Of a DNA stretch of 64,000 nt, positions 40,242 through 52,301 are shown piece by piece (position 1 is the first letter of the stretch; every line of letters starts with the position of its first letter). The translations under genes were made by a program, and so were the position numbers. The notes beneath the pieces were generated by a model, which was not told where the DNA came from, did no database searches, and was given only the letters and a program-made list of their open reading frames with translations. The stretch comes from Candidatus Babeliales bacterium (GTDB lineage: Bacteria > Babelota > Babeliae > Babelales > Vermiphilaceae), in NCBI GenBank assembly GCA_963743635.1, contig CAVUQO010000003.1, positions 704,001 to 768,000 of the forward strand, in the 5' to 3' direction.

Positions 40242-41357
40242 TCATACATTGAATCGAATATCCAGGAGGTCGCCATCAGCGACGATATAGTCTTGGCCTT
40301 CGCGGCGAATTTTACCTAAATCTTTCAATTTAGCTTCACTGCCGGCTTGGATGATATCTTTAGCGTTGAACACTTCAGCGCAAATAAAGCCTCGCTCTAA
40401 ATCAGAGTGAATTTCTCCTGCTGCTTTGCGGACAGTAGTGCCACCGCGAATTGGCCATGCGTGTGCTTCTTTTGGCCCGCAGGTGAAGAAGGTTATCATG
40501 CCAAGGTGTTTGTATGTGCTGCGAATAATAACATCAAGTGAGCGTTCTTTGAGACCCACAAGCCCCATCATCTCATCCGCATCTTCATGAGAGAGTTGCG
40601 CAAGTTCGCCTTCTAATTTTGCACAGACCGGAATAACGCGGTCAGCGCCAAACTCTTTAACGAGCGCTTGATAATGAGGATTTTTCGCGAGTTCAACGGG
40701 GTCAACTTCATGTTCAGCAACGTTTGCAATAATGAGTGCATTCTTGGTTGCGAGTAACGGTACTGTTTCAATGTTAGGAGAATCGGCCAGAAGCTTTTTG
40801 GCTTTTGCGACGTCTTCTTTATTGAGGGCAGCCATAAGATTATTAAGGAGTTCAAGCTCCTGCTCGAGTTCACGTTTTTCGAGCGGTTTTTGCTGCGAAG
40901 CTTTGATTTGTTTTACGACCTTTTCAATACGCTTTTCAACTGATTCAATATCTTTGAGTAAAAGCTCTGAAACGATAATGCTATAGTCTTCAAGCGGATC
41001 GATCGTTTCGCCCGAATGTAGGATGTCTGGATCTTCAAAGCAGCGCAGTACGTGCAGAATGAGATCGACTTCTCGAATATGGCTTAAAAATTGGTTACCA
41101 AGGCCTTCGCCCGACGCAGCGCCCTTAACGAGTCCTGCAATGTCAACGAATGTAACATTGGCAGGAATAAGTTTTTGCGAACCATAGATCTTGGCAAGGG
41201 CATTGAGGCGTTCGTCTGGAACTTCAGTAATAGCCACATGCGGATCGATAGTGCAAAAAGGGTAGTTTTCTGCAGGGACGGATGATTTGGTCAAGGCGTT
41301 AAAGAGGGTTGATTTACCAACATTGGGAAGCCCAACAAGGCCAGCTTTTATACCCAT
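40242..41357 (-). CDS. ychF: Ribosome-associated ATPase YchF
   Basis: GLVGLPNVGKSTLFNALT, NYPFCTIDP, DIAGLV, GEGLGNQFL, TGS domain. Confidence 0.97.
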   Translation of the reverse strand: MGIKAGLVGLPNVGKSTLFNALTKSSVPAENYPFCTIDPHVAITEVPDERLNALAKIYGSQKLIPANVTFVDIAGLVKGAASGEGLGNQFLSHIREVDLILHVLRCFEDPDILHSGETIDPLEDYSIIVSELLLKDIESVEKRIEKVVKQIKASQQKPLEKRELEQELELLNNLMAALNKEDVAKAKKLLADSPNIETVPLLATKNALIIANVAEHEVDPVELAKNPHYQALVKEFGADRVIPVCAKLEGELAQLSHEDADEMMGLVGLKERSLDVIIRSTYKHLGMITFFTCGPKEAHAWPIRGGTTVRKAAGEIHSDLERGFICAEVFNAKDIIQAGSEAKLKDLGKIRREGQDYIVADGDLLDIRFNV

Positions 41358-41553
41358 AGGTTATGATCTCATATATAGGAGGGATAGTGATATGTTTTGT
41401 ATTAAGTGTGCGCTAAATTGGGCAATAATGCAATATCTTGAGCGGTTATAGCCAGCGTGGGGATGAGAACCTTGCATTAAAGGATGAAGGTATGCTACAC
41501 AAAAAGGGTATATGAGAGTATCTCTATTTAACCGCAAATATTAGGAGCGTGTT

Positions 41554-41784
41554 ATGGAAAAATCGTCAACAATGCATTTAATCGGTAAAGCTGCTTGGCT
41601 TTTAACAGCACTTGCATCAATCCATGTTGGGGCAGTTGCATTATTTGGTTCCCAATATAATTTACTGCAATATTTACCTCAATATTTGCCAGAAATGCTT
41701 GTAAGCGCCGTGTACGCTTTATATCTCATAGCGGGTGTTTATAGCCTTGTTATGCTATTTATGCCATGTGGTTGCTGCGAATAG
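41554..41784 (+). CDS. DUF378-like small membrane protein
   Basis: Two TM segments, AWLLTALASIHVG...LYLIAGVYSL; AGGAG RBS. Confidence 0.7.
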   Translation: MEKSSTMHLIGKAAWLLTALASIHVGAVALFGSQYNLLQYLPQYLPEMLVSAVYALYLIAGVYSLVMLFMPCGCCE

Positions 41785-41813
41785 TCTACAACCAAAGGAT
41801 GTAGGAAGGTATT

Positions 41814-42035
41814 ATGGAAGTCAAAAGAAGGTTTGATGAGCTTGCTTGGTTGTTTACTGCAAGTGCTTCAATACAGTATGGAGTTAAACAATTGCAGCAA
41901 TATACAATGCCTAATCTTCGACCAGAAAATCTAGGTTTTTCAGACTACTTCAATATGTTTTTCTATGGCATGTATATCGTGCTCGGAGTCTACAGTTTGA
42001 TTAGTTTGCTGATAAAGCAGATTCTAAGATCCTAG
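41814..42035 (+). CDS. Small membrane protein, paralog of 41554..41784
   Basis: AWLFTASASIQYG...YIVLGVYSL. Confidence 0.65.
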   Translation: MEVKRRFDELAWLFTASASIQYGVKQLQQYTMPNLRPENLGFSDYFNMFFYGMYIVLGVYSLISLLIKQILRS

Positions 42036-42062
42036 GTCTTTATGGCTACCTAACGTCTTCCG

Positions 42063-42134
42063 TTCGAGTAATTAAATAAGTAAGGCGGGCTCAGTATATA
42101 CACTGAGCCCGCCTTACTTATTTAATTACTCGAA
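42063..42134. terminator. 33-bp perfect inverted repeat directly after dnaK stop
   Basis: TTCGAGTAATTAAATAAGTAAGGCGGGCTCAGT-atatac-reverse complement. Confidence 0.8.
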
Positions 42135-44010
<1,876 letters not shown>

Positions 44011-44068
44011 GGGCTTTGTCCTCTTTTTCGCGATGTATAATTTATATTAACGCTTTATTATGAGAATT

Positions 44069-44098
44069 ATTATATAAAAATGATGCTGGGTATGTCAA
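44069..44098 (-). promoter_or_regulatory. sigma70 promoter of dnaK
   Basis: TTGACA-18 nt-TATAAT on the minus strand. Confidence 0.75.
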
Positions 44099-44111
44099 TA
44101 TCGGTGTCATA

Positions 44112-44138
44112 AAATATGAGCATAACTCACTCATATTT
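44112..44138. promoter_or_regulatory. HAIR-like inverted repeat (candidate HspR operator)
   Basis: AAATATGAG-N9-CTCATATTT, i.e. TGAGC-N7-ACTCA, matches CTTGAGT-N7-ACTCAAG geometry. Confidence 0.65.
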
Positions 44139-44612
44139 CTTATCTGTTTTTTTATAAAGTATTTTCATATTATTACAAATTTAGTCAATTATTGAGTAGT
44201 GCATCCTGTCCGCGTCGGCAGCGATTATTTGTCGTATAATTACACGCCTCGATGTAAACATTTATTAAACGAGTGGGGGCGGCCGGCGCGAGAAAAAAGC
44301 GCTGGCGATTTGCAAAGGTCTTAGCATTTATTAATCCAGTGTGGATTTGGGGCAGGTGAAGGCGCGCTACGGCTTATATTGATCTGAACCTTTATTGATC
44401 CAGTGTGGGGCCGAGCAGGGGGAAAAACGCGCTTGCGGCACTCCGCCTCACCCTCCAGCCTTTTCCCGGGAGGAAAAACGAAGGCTGGAGGGTTCGTCTC
44501 CGTTAGTTATTTTCTGCGTTGCGAGCCCCTCAATTATTTTTTTAAAGGATATTACTTATAGGTCTATTCTATATAAGGATTAAGGATTAAGGATAATGAT
44601 GTGTTCCCCTTA

Positions 44613-44674
44613 CCCTTCGGCACAATTTTTATTTTATCCTTCGGACAAAAATAAAAATCACTCAGGGCGAACGG
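44613..44674. repeat. REP-like element
   Basis: CCCTTCG...ACTCAGGGCGAACGG with internal ATTTTTATTTT/AAAATAAAAAT hairpin. Confidence 0.7.
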
Positions 44675-45173
44675 GCAGGGGAAAACGGATAGGTGAGAGT
44701 AAACGGGCAGGTGATTAGGAGCGCTATACATCATGTATCAATATCATGTAGCAATATTGAGAAGGTGAATGTGAATGACTGAGGCTAGTAATAAGTAAGA
44801 TAAGTTAAGAAGGGCGATCGCATAGGGTAGTAATAGGAAAGGGGGGACGAATAGTAGGAATGTGGATAGATAGGTAGATAGGAATAGTAGAAGGCTAGTG
44901 CGTTAACTAAGAATAAGAAGAAGGGTAATCGTATTAAAAGGTTGTTCGTATTAAAAGGAAGAAGGGTGATTGTATTAATAAGTAAGAAGGGGTGGTCATA
45001 TAGGAAGAAAAGATAATCACGTACGCTCAGTAAGAAGAAGGGTGATGATATTAATATGACTTCTTAACCTATAGAAACACTCTCCTTTCATCTGAATGAA
45101 TCTAAATGAATCTATCCCAATGAACCTCATAGACTTATGCGCATTACTTCTAAGCAATCTAAGATAAACAATT

Positions 45174-45243
45174 CCGTTCATCCTGCCTGTCCGACGTAGC
45201 CTTGGCGAAGACGGAAGGAGTGCCGTCAGGCCGTCACGAAGGG
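45174..45243. repeat. REP-like element, inverted relative to 44613-44674, with nested second repeat
   Basis: CCGTTCATCCT[...CGTAGCCTTGGCGAAGACGG...]GAGTG...CGAAGGG. Confidence 0.7.
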
Positions 45244-45353
45244 CTAAGACTTCTAAGCGCTCCTATACGGAACCACATCGAAGTCTTACTTCCATGTCTT
45301 CATACAAAGACTCACCAACGGGTCTGCGATAGCGATACCCTTATATAGGTAAC

Positions 45354-46787
45354 CTACCTACTGATAAAGACGCGTAGAGGAGTTCCAAGGTATATAAGAA
45401 CTAAACCTATCGGAATACCAACTATATAGAAAAGAGCTAAGCGCGATATACAGATGTAAAGAGAAACGGGCCACGTAAGATCATATAACCTACGCGCGAA
45501 GTAAACCATTAAAAGAGTACTAACCAATCGAACGCTATGAATACATATAAGAAGGTTTACTAAACCAATACACGTAATAAGGGAAAGAGCATGCGTAAGG
45601 GAAAGGGAAAGAAGAGTAGAAATAAATAAAGGAAGAAGAATAAGTAAAAGGTAAGGAACGTACGCATATGCTAAATAGCGATATCTAAAATTAATTTCTA
45701 AGACACGCTCGTACGAAGAGAAAGCGACTTCCAAAACGTAGCTTATTATAAGTATGAATATAATAGTAAACACATTATGGTCATATTCATAATAATAACT
45801 TGCAGTATACATCCCTCCTATTAATCCTAAAAGGGGAAGGCAGAGGGCGGCCACCTTCGCTGACACTTTTTGGAACGCTCTTTGTAATCCAACTTCGCCT
45901 GCCCCAATGATCTGGCTGTGTGCGAGTAACGAAGTATCAGTAGTGCCTATAGTTTTGATCAAGGTGCGATATACGACCACTGCCCCGTCATTGGCCACTT
46001 TGAAGAGATTGGCCTGCTCAGGGCTGAATAAGTAGCTCAATAATAGCATCATGACGTTTCGCTCACTCAGGCTCTTGATCGCATTACTCCCCCACATTGC
46101 CGCCGTATGTATCATGAATTGTTTTTCTGAACCATGGGTGCCATTGGTGCCGGTCTGCTGGTAGGCTGGATCGTTTATAATGGATGGTATATCCCGGAGC
46201 GTTATAATAATAAGAATGAGGCATGAGAAGATTTTGAGGGCAAAGATAGTTGGTATGAGTGGGACTGCGTGAGTTATAATAAGGATGCAAGCAATAATAG
46301 TTTCGATGGTCAGTAGCAAGAGGTATTTTTGGTTGAATGATTTATGCCAGAAGTATGAATAATAGATTAAACGAATACAGGATAGTATTCCTTCTAGAAG
46401 GAATATCATAATGACTTGTATGGTTATCTGATAGGTAACCGCCAATGAGGTTTGGAGTTTGGAGAATGCATAAGCCACTACAGGTGTTGTAATTATCAAT
46501 CCTATCGCTTGAAATAGAGTCAGATAATAAAGAAAAGATCTCGTGGTTCCCTGTGCTGCAAATAACGGTGCAAAGCGTGGGATTGATTTACGCAGGCCAC
46601 CATCGATCCATAATAATGTAATAAAGATAATACCATAGCTATTGGCCCATAGATTATAGTCTGCAGGACTGCATACTCGATACAGGCTGTAGGATAGCAT
46701 CAAGGATAATACCCGTTGCGATACGGAGAGTATTCCGTTTCAGTTGATGCCTTGATTGAATTTGAAAAAGAGTTGGCGTGTATTCAT
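45354..46787 (-). CDS. Multi-TM MOP/Wzx flippase-like protein (in-frame TGA at codon 16)
   Basis: About 12 TM segments; aligns with 50907..52301 (GIN*NG vs GIRWNT; SYERVL vs TYEKKY). Confidence 0.6.
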
Positions 46788-46917
46788 AGAATCGAGATTA
46801 TCATAATGCTGAGATTTTGTCTGTAACCAAAATCTTGTGTTCGGATCTTACATTATGCTATATGTGATAATAGAAATATAAGATATCAGATATTTATGAA
46901 AAATTGGGGGATAGATT

Positions 46918-47793
46918 ATGAATCTTAGAGGTATGCCAACAAGTTCGCGAGGAAAAAAGATACTTTTTGCAATTGTAAGTTTTTCGATTATTGGATTTGG
47001 ATATGTATTTGGTGATAAAGTTTGGCTTAAGCAAGGGTATTCACTTGATCAATTAAAAGCTGCTATTAATGAGGATCCATTAAGTGTTGATATTACAGAG
47101 GCAAGCGGCGACAATATTGCACAGGAAGGCAATACCGGATTGATGATCTGCGCTCAGTTTGGGTATGTTGATCAAGCTAAAGAGTTTATGCGTAGAAAAG
47201 CTTCTTTAGATATACGATCAAAAGGTCAAAAAATGCGTGATGATGAGCTTGCGTACGGTAATACAGCGCTTCATTATGCAATCGCAAACGGTAACGATCT
47301 TAATTGTCGTGAGATTGCCAAATTATTTATGACTGGATTAGTAGAAGGCGGCAAGTTGGTCAGTGAACGCGCAACCGTGACAATTCCCAACGGTAAAGGA
47401 TACACGCCGTATCATTTGCTGGTATCAAGGCCTAATGTTCTGAGTCAACGCTTTGAATTGATGAAAGTTATGATGCAGGCTGCAGGCAATAAATACGTTC
47501 AGATGGGCCTTATCAATGCTCAAAATGATGAAGGTAACACTGCTTTGCATATATCGGCGCAAACCAATGATATGGGCTGGATTGCTATGATCATTAAGGA
47601 ATATGGCAGCATGATTAAGTTTGATATTAAGAACAAAAAAGGCATGTTGGCCGAAGACGAAGTCCCCGGTTTTGGTGGTGATTTAAAGCGTCGTCTTGGC
47701 GTAATGCGTGAAAAAGCAGAAGCAATGCGCAAAGGCGGGGATGCAGTAATGACTGAGGAGCAGTTTAAAAATTTAAACTTCTATTCATTCTAA
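46918..47793 (+). CDS. Ankyrin-repeat protein with N-terminal signal/anchor
   Basis: GNTGLM, GNTALHYA, GYTPYHL, GNTALHIS. Confidence 0.88.
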   Translation: MNLRGMPTSSRGKKILFAIVSFSIIGFGYVFGDKVWLKQGYSLDQLKAAINEDPLSVDITEASGDNIAQEGNTGLMICAQFGYVDQAKEFMRRKASLDIRSKGQKMRDDELAYGNTALHYAIANGNDLNCREIAKLFMTGLVEGGKLVSERATVTIPNGKGYTPYHLLVSRPNVLSQRFELMKVMMQAAGNKYVQMGLINAQNDEGNTALHISAQTNDMGWIAMIIKEYGSMIKFDIKNKKGMLAEDEVPGFGGDLKRRLGVMREKAEAMRKGGDAVMTEEQFKNLNFYSF

Positions 47794-47806
47794 AAATGGG
47801 GATTTA

Positions 47807-49656
47807 ATGGAAAGAAATAAAATTATAGCAGTTGCCGTGCTGGCGATTGGCATTATTGCATGGCGTGTGGGCGCGATGGAGCAGGGCGGGCAAGCGCAGG
47901 CTGGTCAAGAAATGATAACGGTCTATCAACTCAATAGCACTGGCAATGAGGAAAGCGTCAAGGTTCCATGGGATCGGCTGCGGCTTTTTGAAATGTTTAG
48001 CGATATGCGTGGTTATATGCAGGAGATGAAGCCATCTGAAGCAAATAGATTGCTGCTCGCTCATAGTATTTCAATGGATATCTTCAAAGCATTATTAGCG
48101 GAATTGCCGTGGGTGCAGCAGGTGCGGATTAATAGGCAGCAAAATGAGACTGAAGAGCAAGCGGCAAAAAGAATAGCGAAAACCATGCCGGCGGTAGCAT
48201 TCAATCAAGATAGATTAAGCGCATTGGCGGTTCAATTAAAGGCAGCAGATTTTTTACAACAAAAGGCATTAATAGAATTGTATACACATCAGATAGTAGG
48301 CATGATCATGTCCGATGCATCAATGAGATTGTTGAGTCAAGGCGATCAGGAATACGGTCGCGGCGTCGCTGCCTTAGTGAATGAGTTGCCTCCTGAACTG
48401 GCGAGGCATATTCTGAAAAGTATGCCAAGAGCAGTAATATGGCTTGAGCAGTATACGATTCGGCATAATGGTTTGGTTGACTCAGTAGCGATATCAGCAG
48501 ATGGCAATAAGGTGGTGACCGGATCTGAGGATGGTACGGCAAAGATAGTTGCATGGGATGGCAATGCATGGATTGAGCAGCATACGATTCGGCACAATGG
48601 TGTGGTTAGATCAGTAGCGATATCAGCAGATGGCAATAGGGTGGTGACGGGATCTGCAGATAATACGGCAAAGATAGTGGTATGGGATGGCAATGCATGG
48701 ATTGAGCGGCATGCGATTACGTATAATGTTTGGGTTGTATCAGTAGCGATATCGGCAGATGGCAATAAAGTGGTGACGGGATCTTTAGATAATACGGCAA
48801 AGATAGTTGCATGGGATGGCAATGCATGGCTTGATCAGTATACGATTACGTATACTGATTGCGTTGACTCAGTAGCGATATCAGCAGATGGCAATAAGGT
48901 GGTGACGGGATCTAGTAATAATACGGCAAAGATAGTGGTATGGAATGGCAATGCATGGGTTGAGCAGCCTCCGATTGCGCATAATGGCTGGGTTTGGTCA
49001 GTAGCGATATCGGCAGATGGCAATAAAGTGGTGACGGATCTCGAGATAATACGGCAAAAATAGTGGCATGGAATGGCAATGCATGGATTGAGCAGCATAC
49101 GATTCGGCATACTGGTGTGGTTAGATCAGTAGCGATATCAGCAGATGGCAATAGGGTGGTGACGGGATCTCAAGATGGCACGGCAAAGATAGTAGCATGG
49201 AATGGCAATGCATGGATTGAGCAGCATACGATTCAGTGTAATAGTTGGGTTTGGTCAGTAGCGATATCAGCAGATGGCAATAAGGTGGTGACGGGGGGGC
49301 ATGATAATACGGCAAAGATAGTAGCATGGAATGGCAATGCATGGATTGAGCAGTATACGTTTCAGTGTAATCGTTGGGTTGCATCAGTAGCAATATCAGC
49401 AGATGGCAATAGGGTAGTGACGGGGGGGCATGATAATACGGCAAGGATAGTGGGGCTTATATCAAGATCATTGCCTGGACTATCTGATTTTAATGCCTTG
49501 TTATTTGAGCATCTATTGCTGTGGGCAAAGAGAAGTGGGCAGAAAATATCTAATAGAGGATGGGTGCGCGATATGCGAAACCATATTTTGTGGGAAGAAG
49601 CAGAAACAAATACCGCAGAAGAACTTCAAAAATTAATTCGAGAAACTATGCAATAG
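47807..49656 (+). CDS. Secreted WD40-repeat protein with Skp1/BTB-like and F-box-like N-region (1-nt frameshift near 49040)
   Basis: Eight 129-bp units SVAISADGNxVVTGSxDxTAKIVxW; one unit is 128 bp. Confidence 0.88.
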
Positions 49657-49770
49657 CCGCATAATACAAATACCATGGCTCCCGGAATAAAATAGTTCCG
49701 GGCGCCTTTAGTTTCCGTGCTAAACAAAATTCATCAATGTTCATAGCTAAATTTTAACCAGTATATGTAA

Positions 49771-50598
49771 TTATCTTTTGTTGATTTGATCATAATATTC
49801 GATTGCCTTAACCCATCCTTGCGGGTTACCGACATCAAAGCGAGTACCTGAAACTTTACATGCTAATACCGGTTCGCCACTACGCGCTAAAAGATCAAGT
49901 GCATCGGTGAGTTGAATTTCGCCGGCCGCTCCAGGCTTGGTTTTTTCAAGCATCTCAAAAATGCGCGGTGAGAGCACATAGCGTCCGATAATTGCAAGGT
50001 TAGATGGCGCATCTCCCGGTTTTGGTTTTTCCACTAAATGTGAAACTTCAAAAAGATGATCATTGATGTTGTGCTTGATGGCAACCACGCCGTAAGCTGA
50101 TGTTTGTTCGCGGGGAACTTCTTGAACGGCGACGACGGTCGCTTGATGTTCTTCCGCGACCGCGATGAGTTGAGCAAGTCCAGGATTGGTACCCGCAATA
50201 AGATCATCAGGTAACATCACTCCAAAATAATTATTTCCCACGATGTCGTGAGTAATACTGATTGCATGCCCAAGGCCACGCGGATTGTTTTGGAGAACGT
50301 AGCTGAATGTGGTGGTATCAATAATTTCGTTGAGCTCAGTTAAAAGAGATTTTTTATTGCTGCGTTCAAGATAATCTTGGAGTTGCGCATCGTGTGTTAG
50401 GTAATGACGCAAGGCATCTTTGCGATCACTCGTCACAATGCAGAAACTATTAATGCCCGATGAGCGACCTTCTTCGATGATATACTGGATCGATGGCTTG
50501 TTCATAATCGGGAGTAGTTCTTTAGGCACCGATTTGGTGAATGGTAAAAAACGAGTGCCAAGTCCCGCGGCTGGAATAACGCCAATGTTAATTTTCAT
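49771..50598 (-). CDS. galU: UTP--glucose-1-phosphate uridylyltransferase
   Basis: VIPAAGLGTRFLPFTKSVPKE, GLGHA, LVEKP, GEIQLTDA. Confidence 0.95.
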   Translation of the reverse strand: MKINIGVIPAAGLGTRFLPFTKSVPKELLPIMNKPSIQYIIEEGRSSGINSFCIVTSDRKDALRHYLTHDAQLQDYLERSNKKSLLTELNEIIDTTTFSYVLQNNPRGLGHAISITHDIVGNNYFGVMLPDDLIAGTNPGLAQLIAVAEEHQATVVAVQEVPREQTSAYGVVAIKHNINDHLFEVSHLVEKPKPGDAPSNLAIIGRYVLSPRIFEMLEKTKPGAAGEIQLTDALDLLARSGEPVLACKVSGTRFDVGNPQGWVKAIEYYDQINKR

Positions 50599-50906
50599 TA
50601 TTTTTTCCTTTTTCAATATTTGTCATGTAGATGCGTATTTAGGTTATCCATTTTGTCCAAAAAAAGCAAAATGCATGATCGGCAACTTGTTCCCGAAAAT
50701 AGTAAATAAATATTTACATGTGAATAATGAATCGTTTATTTTCAAAACAACGATAATTTTGGGTCATTTTTACACGAAATAATTTTTGTGATCAATGACC
50801 AGGTCTTGAGTATTTTTGTTTTGCGTGATCGAAATATAGAAAACTTTTTTTGCAACAAAAGTATAAAATAATTACATCGAGTTTCACAAAGAGACATATT
50901 CATGAT

Positions 50907-52301
50907 TCACTGAATATTGCGTGAAAAGAGGCGTAGCGAAATGCGTGGCATGCCAAGAGCGCTGTACCAAGCAACGCGGATAATGGTTAAGCTGACCAGA
51001 CATAATAATGGATGCGCGCATTTATTCAAAATCCACAAGCCAAAAAAGAAGAGCATCGTGAGATTGTAATAGAGGAGATAATTACCTTTTTCTTCGACCA
51101 AATATTTTTTTTCATACGTCATGAAAAATGGTTCGATGATGAGCAGTAGTGCGAACATAATAAGGAGTGCATAACTGTGTATATCATTGGTGAAAGCATG
51201 CGCAGTAACCGCTCTATAATTGAACGCGAGCAGAATGCAGAGCGTATAAAAAATAATCGAATACACATAACTATTTGCGAGTGCAAAAATGGATTGTTTT
51301 TCATGTGCTGCATAGGCATGTGCATGCGCAAGTGCAGCCTCACTTGTTTGTCCGATAATCTTCTGGGTGATGTTGCTTATACTCTGCATGGAACTGCTCA
51401 TTATTTTTGCAACCGCAGCATATGAGATGCCAAGATGTACCGCAAAAAGGGGAACGAGCATATTGCCGGAAAATGGAATGTGGCCCAGTTGGTTAACATA
51501 GCCAAAAATACGACTTTTAATAATACGTTGCGACATCCCCGGTTCTTGTTGGCAAGCCGTATCGGATAATGTGCGGTAACGAGCGTAAAGCATCACAATC
51601 AAAATTCCAGTGATGATCGTAGAATAGATCAGCATCGGAAGGAAAATGACGTAGAGCGTCATGGGTACCTGTGCATAGTGTAATCCAGCTACCGTTATTA
51701 CGTAGGTGATGATATAGGATATTTCGAGCGTTGCGAGTATTTGATTGTAGAACAATAATCCAAGAAATGTTTTGACTGTTTTTTTAATACTCTCAACGAT
51801 GAGCAGTCCGATAAAGAGTTTTATAAAGATGGGATCAAGATGCGTCAAGCCAAAAAAACCAAAAAATGTACCCAAATCAAAAAAGAAGGATAACGCGCAG
51901 AGAGTTGTATATATAATGATATTGGGTATGATCTGCTGCCCTAAGAGAGTCCTGAATGAGCGTTTATTTGCAGTATAATGCCGAATAAAGGGACTTAAGG
52001 CGGTGTCGAGCCCGAGCGTACAGAGCGTTACCCCCATATACAGGAGGGAAAAGAGGATGCCAACCGTACCATAAAACGCCCGGTCAAAGGTGCTAAAAAG
52101 AGTAACGTGATATCCCCAGAGAATGCCCTGGTATAAACAGGCCTCAAGAGTATTCCATCTGATGCCCGATAAAAACTGTTCGGTTATGGTCTTCATATGC
52201 ATATCTAAGGTTAAAAAAATATTTATTATTCTTGAGTATAGCATGTTTTTTCCTTTTGTACCGGCATTCTGGGCCAGCAGGGAGAGCCTCCCGAGGGGCA
52301 A
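50907..52301 (-). CDS. Multi-TM MOP/Wzx flippase-like protein
   Basis: About 12 TM segments, LGLDTAL motif, next to galU; true start may be nearer 52200. Confidence 0.65.
   Translation of the reverse strand: MPLGRLSLLAQNAGTKGKNMLYSRIINIFLTLDMHMKTITEQFLSGIRWNTLEACLYQGILWGYHVTLFSTFDRAFYGTVGILFSLLYMGVTLCTLGLDTALSPFIRHYTANKRSFRTLLGQQIIPNIIIYTTLCALSFFFDLGTFFGFFGLTHLDPIFIKLFIGLLIVESIKKTVKTFLGLLFYNQILATLEISYIITYVITVAGLHYAQVPMTLYVIFLPMLIYSTIITGILIVMLYARYRTLSDTACQQEPGMSQRIIKSRIFGYVNQLGHIPFSGNMLVPLFAVHLGISYAAVAKIMSSSMQSISNITQKIIGQTSEAALAHAHAYAAHEKQSIFALANSYVYSIIFYTLCILLAFNYRAVTAHAFTNDIHSYALLIMFALLLIIEPFFMTYEKKYLVEEKGNYLLYYNLTMLFFFGLWILNKCAHPLLCLVSLTIIRVAWYSALGMPRISLRLFSRNIQ

Noticed and set aside
38073..40466. 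DGR template/variable repeat pair
   Set aside because: Differences are synonymous third-position changes of all types, not adenine-specific, and no reverse transcriptase is present
44805..45056. CRISPR array
   Set aside because: Repeats are degenerate and irregularly spaced, and there are no cas genes
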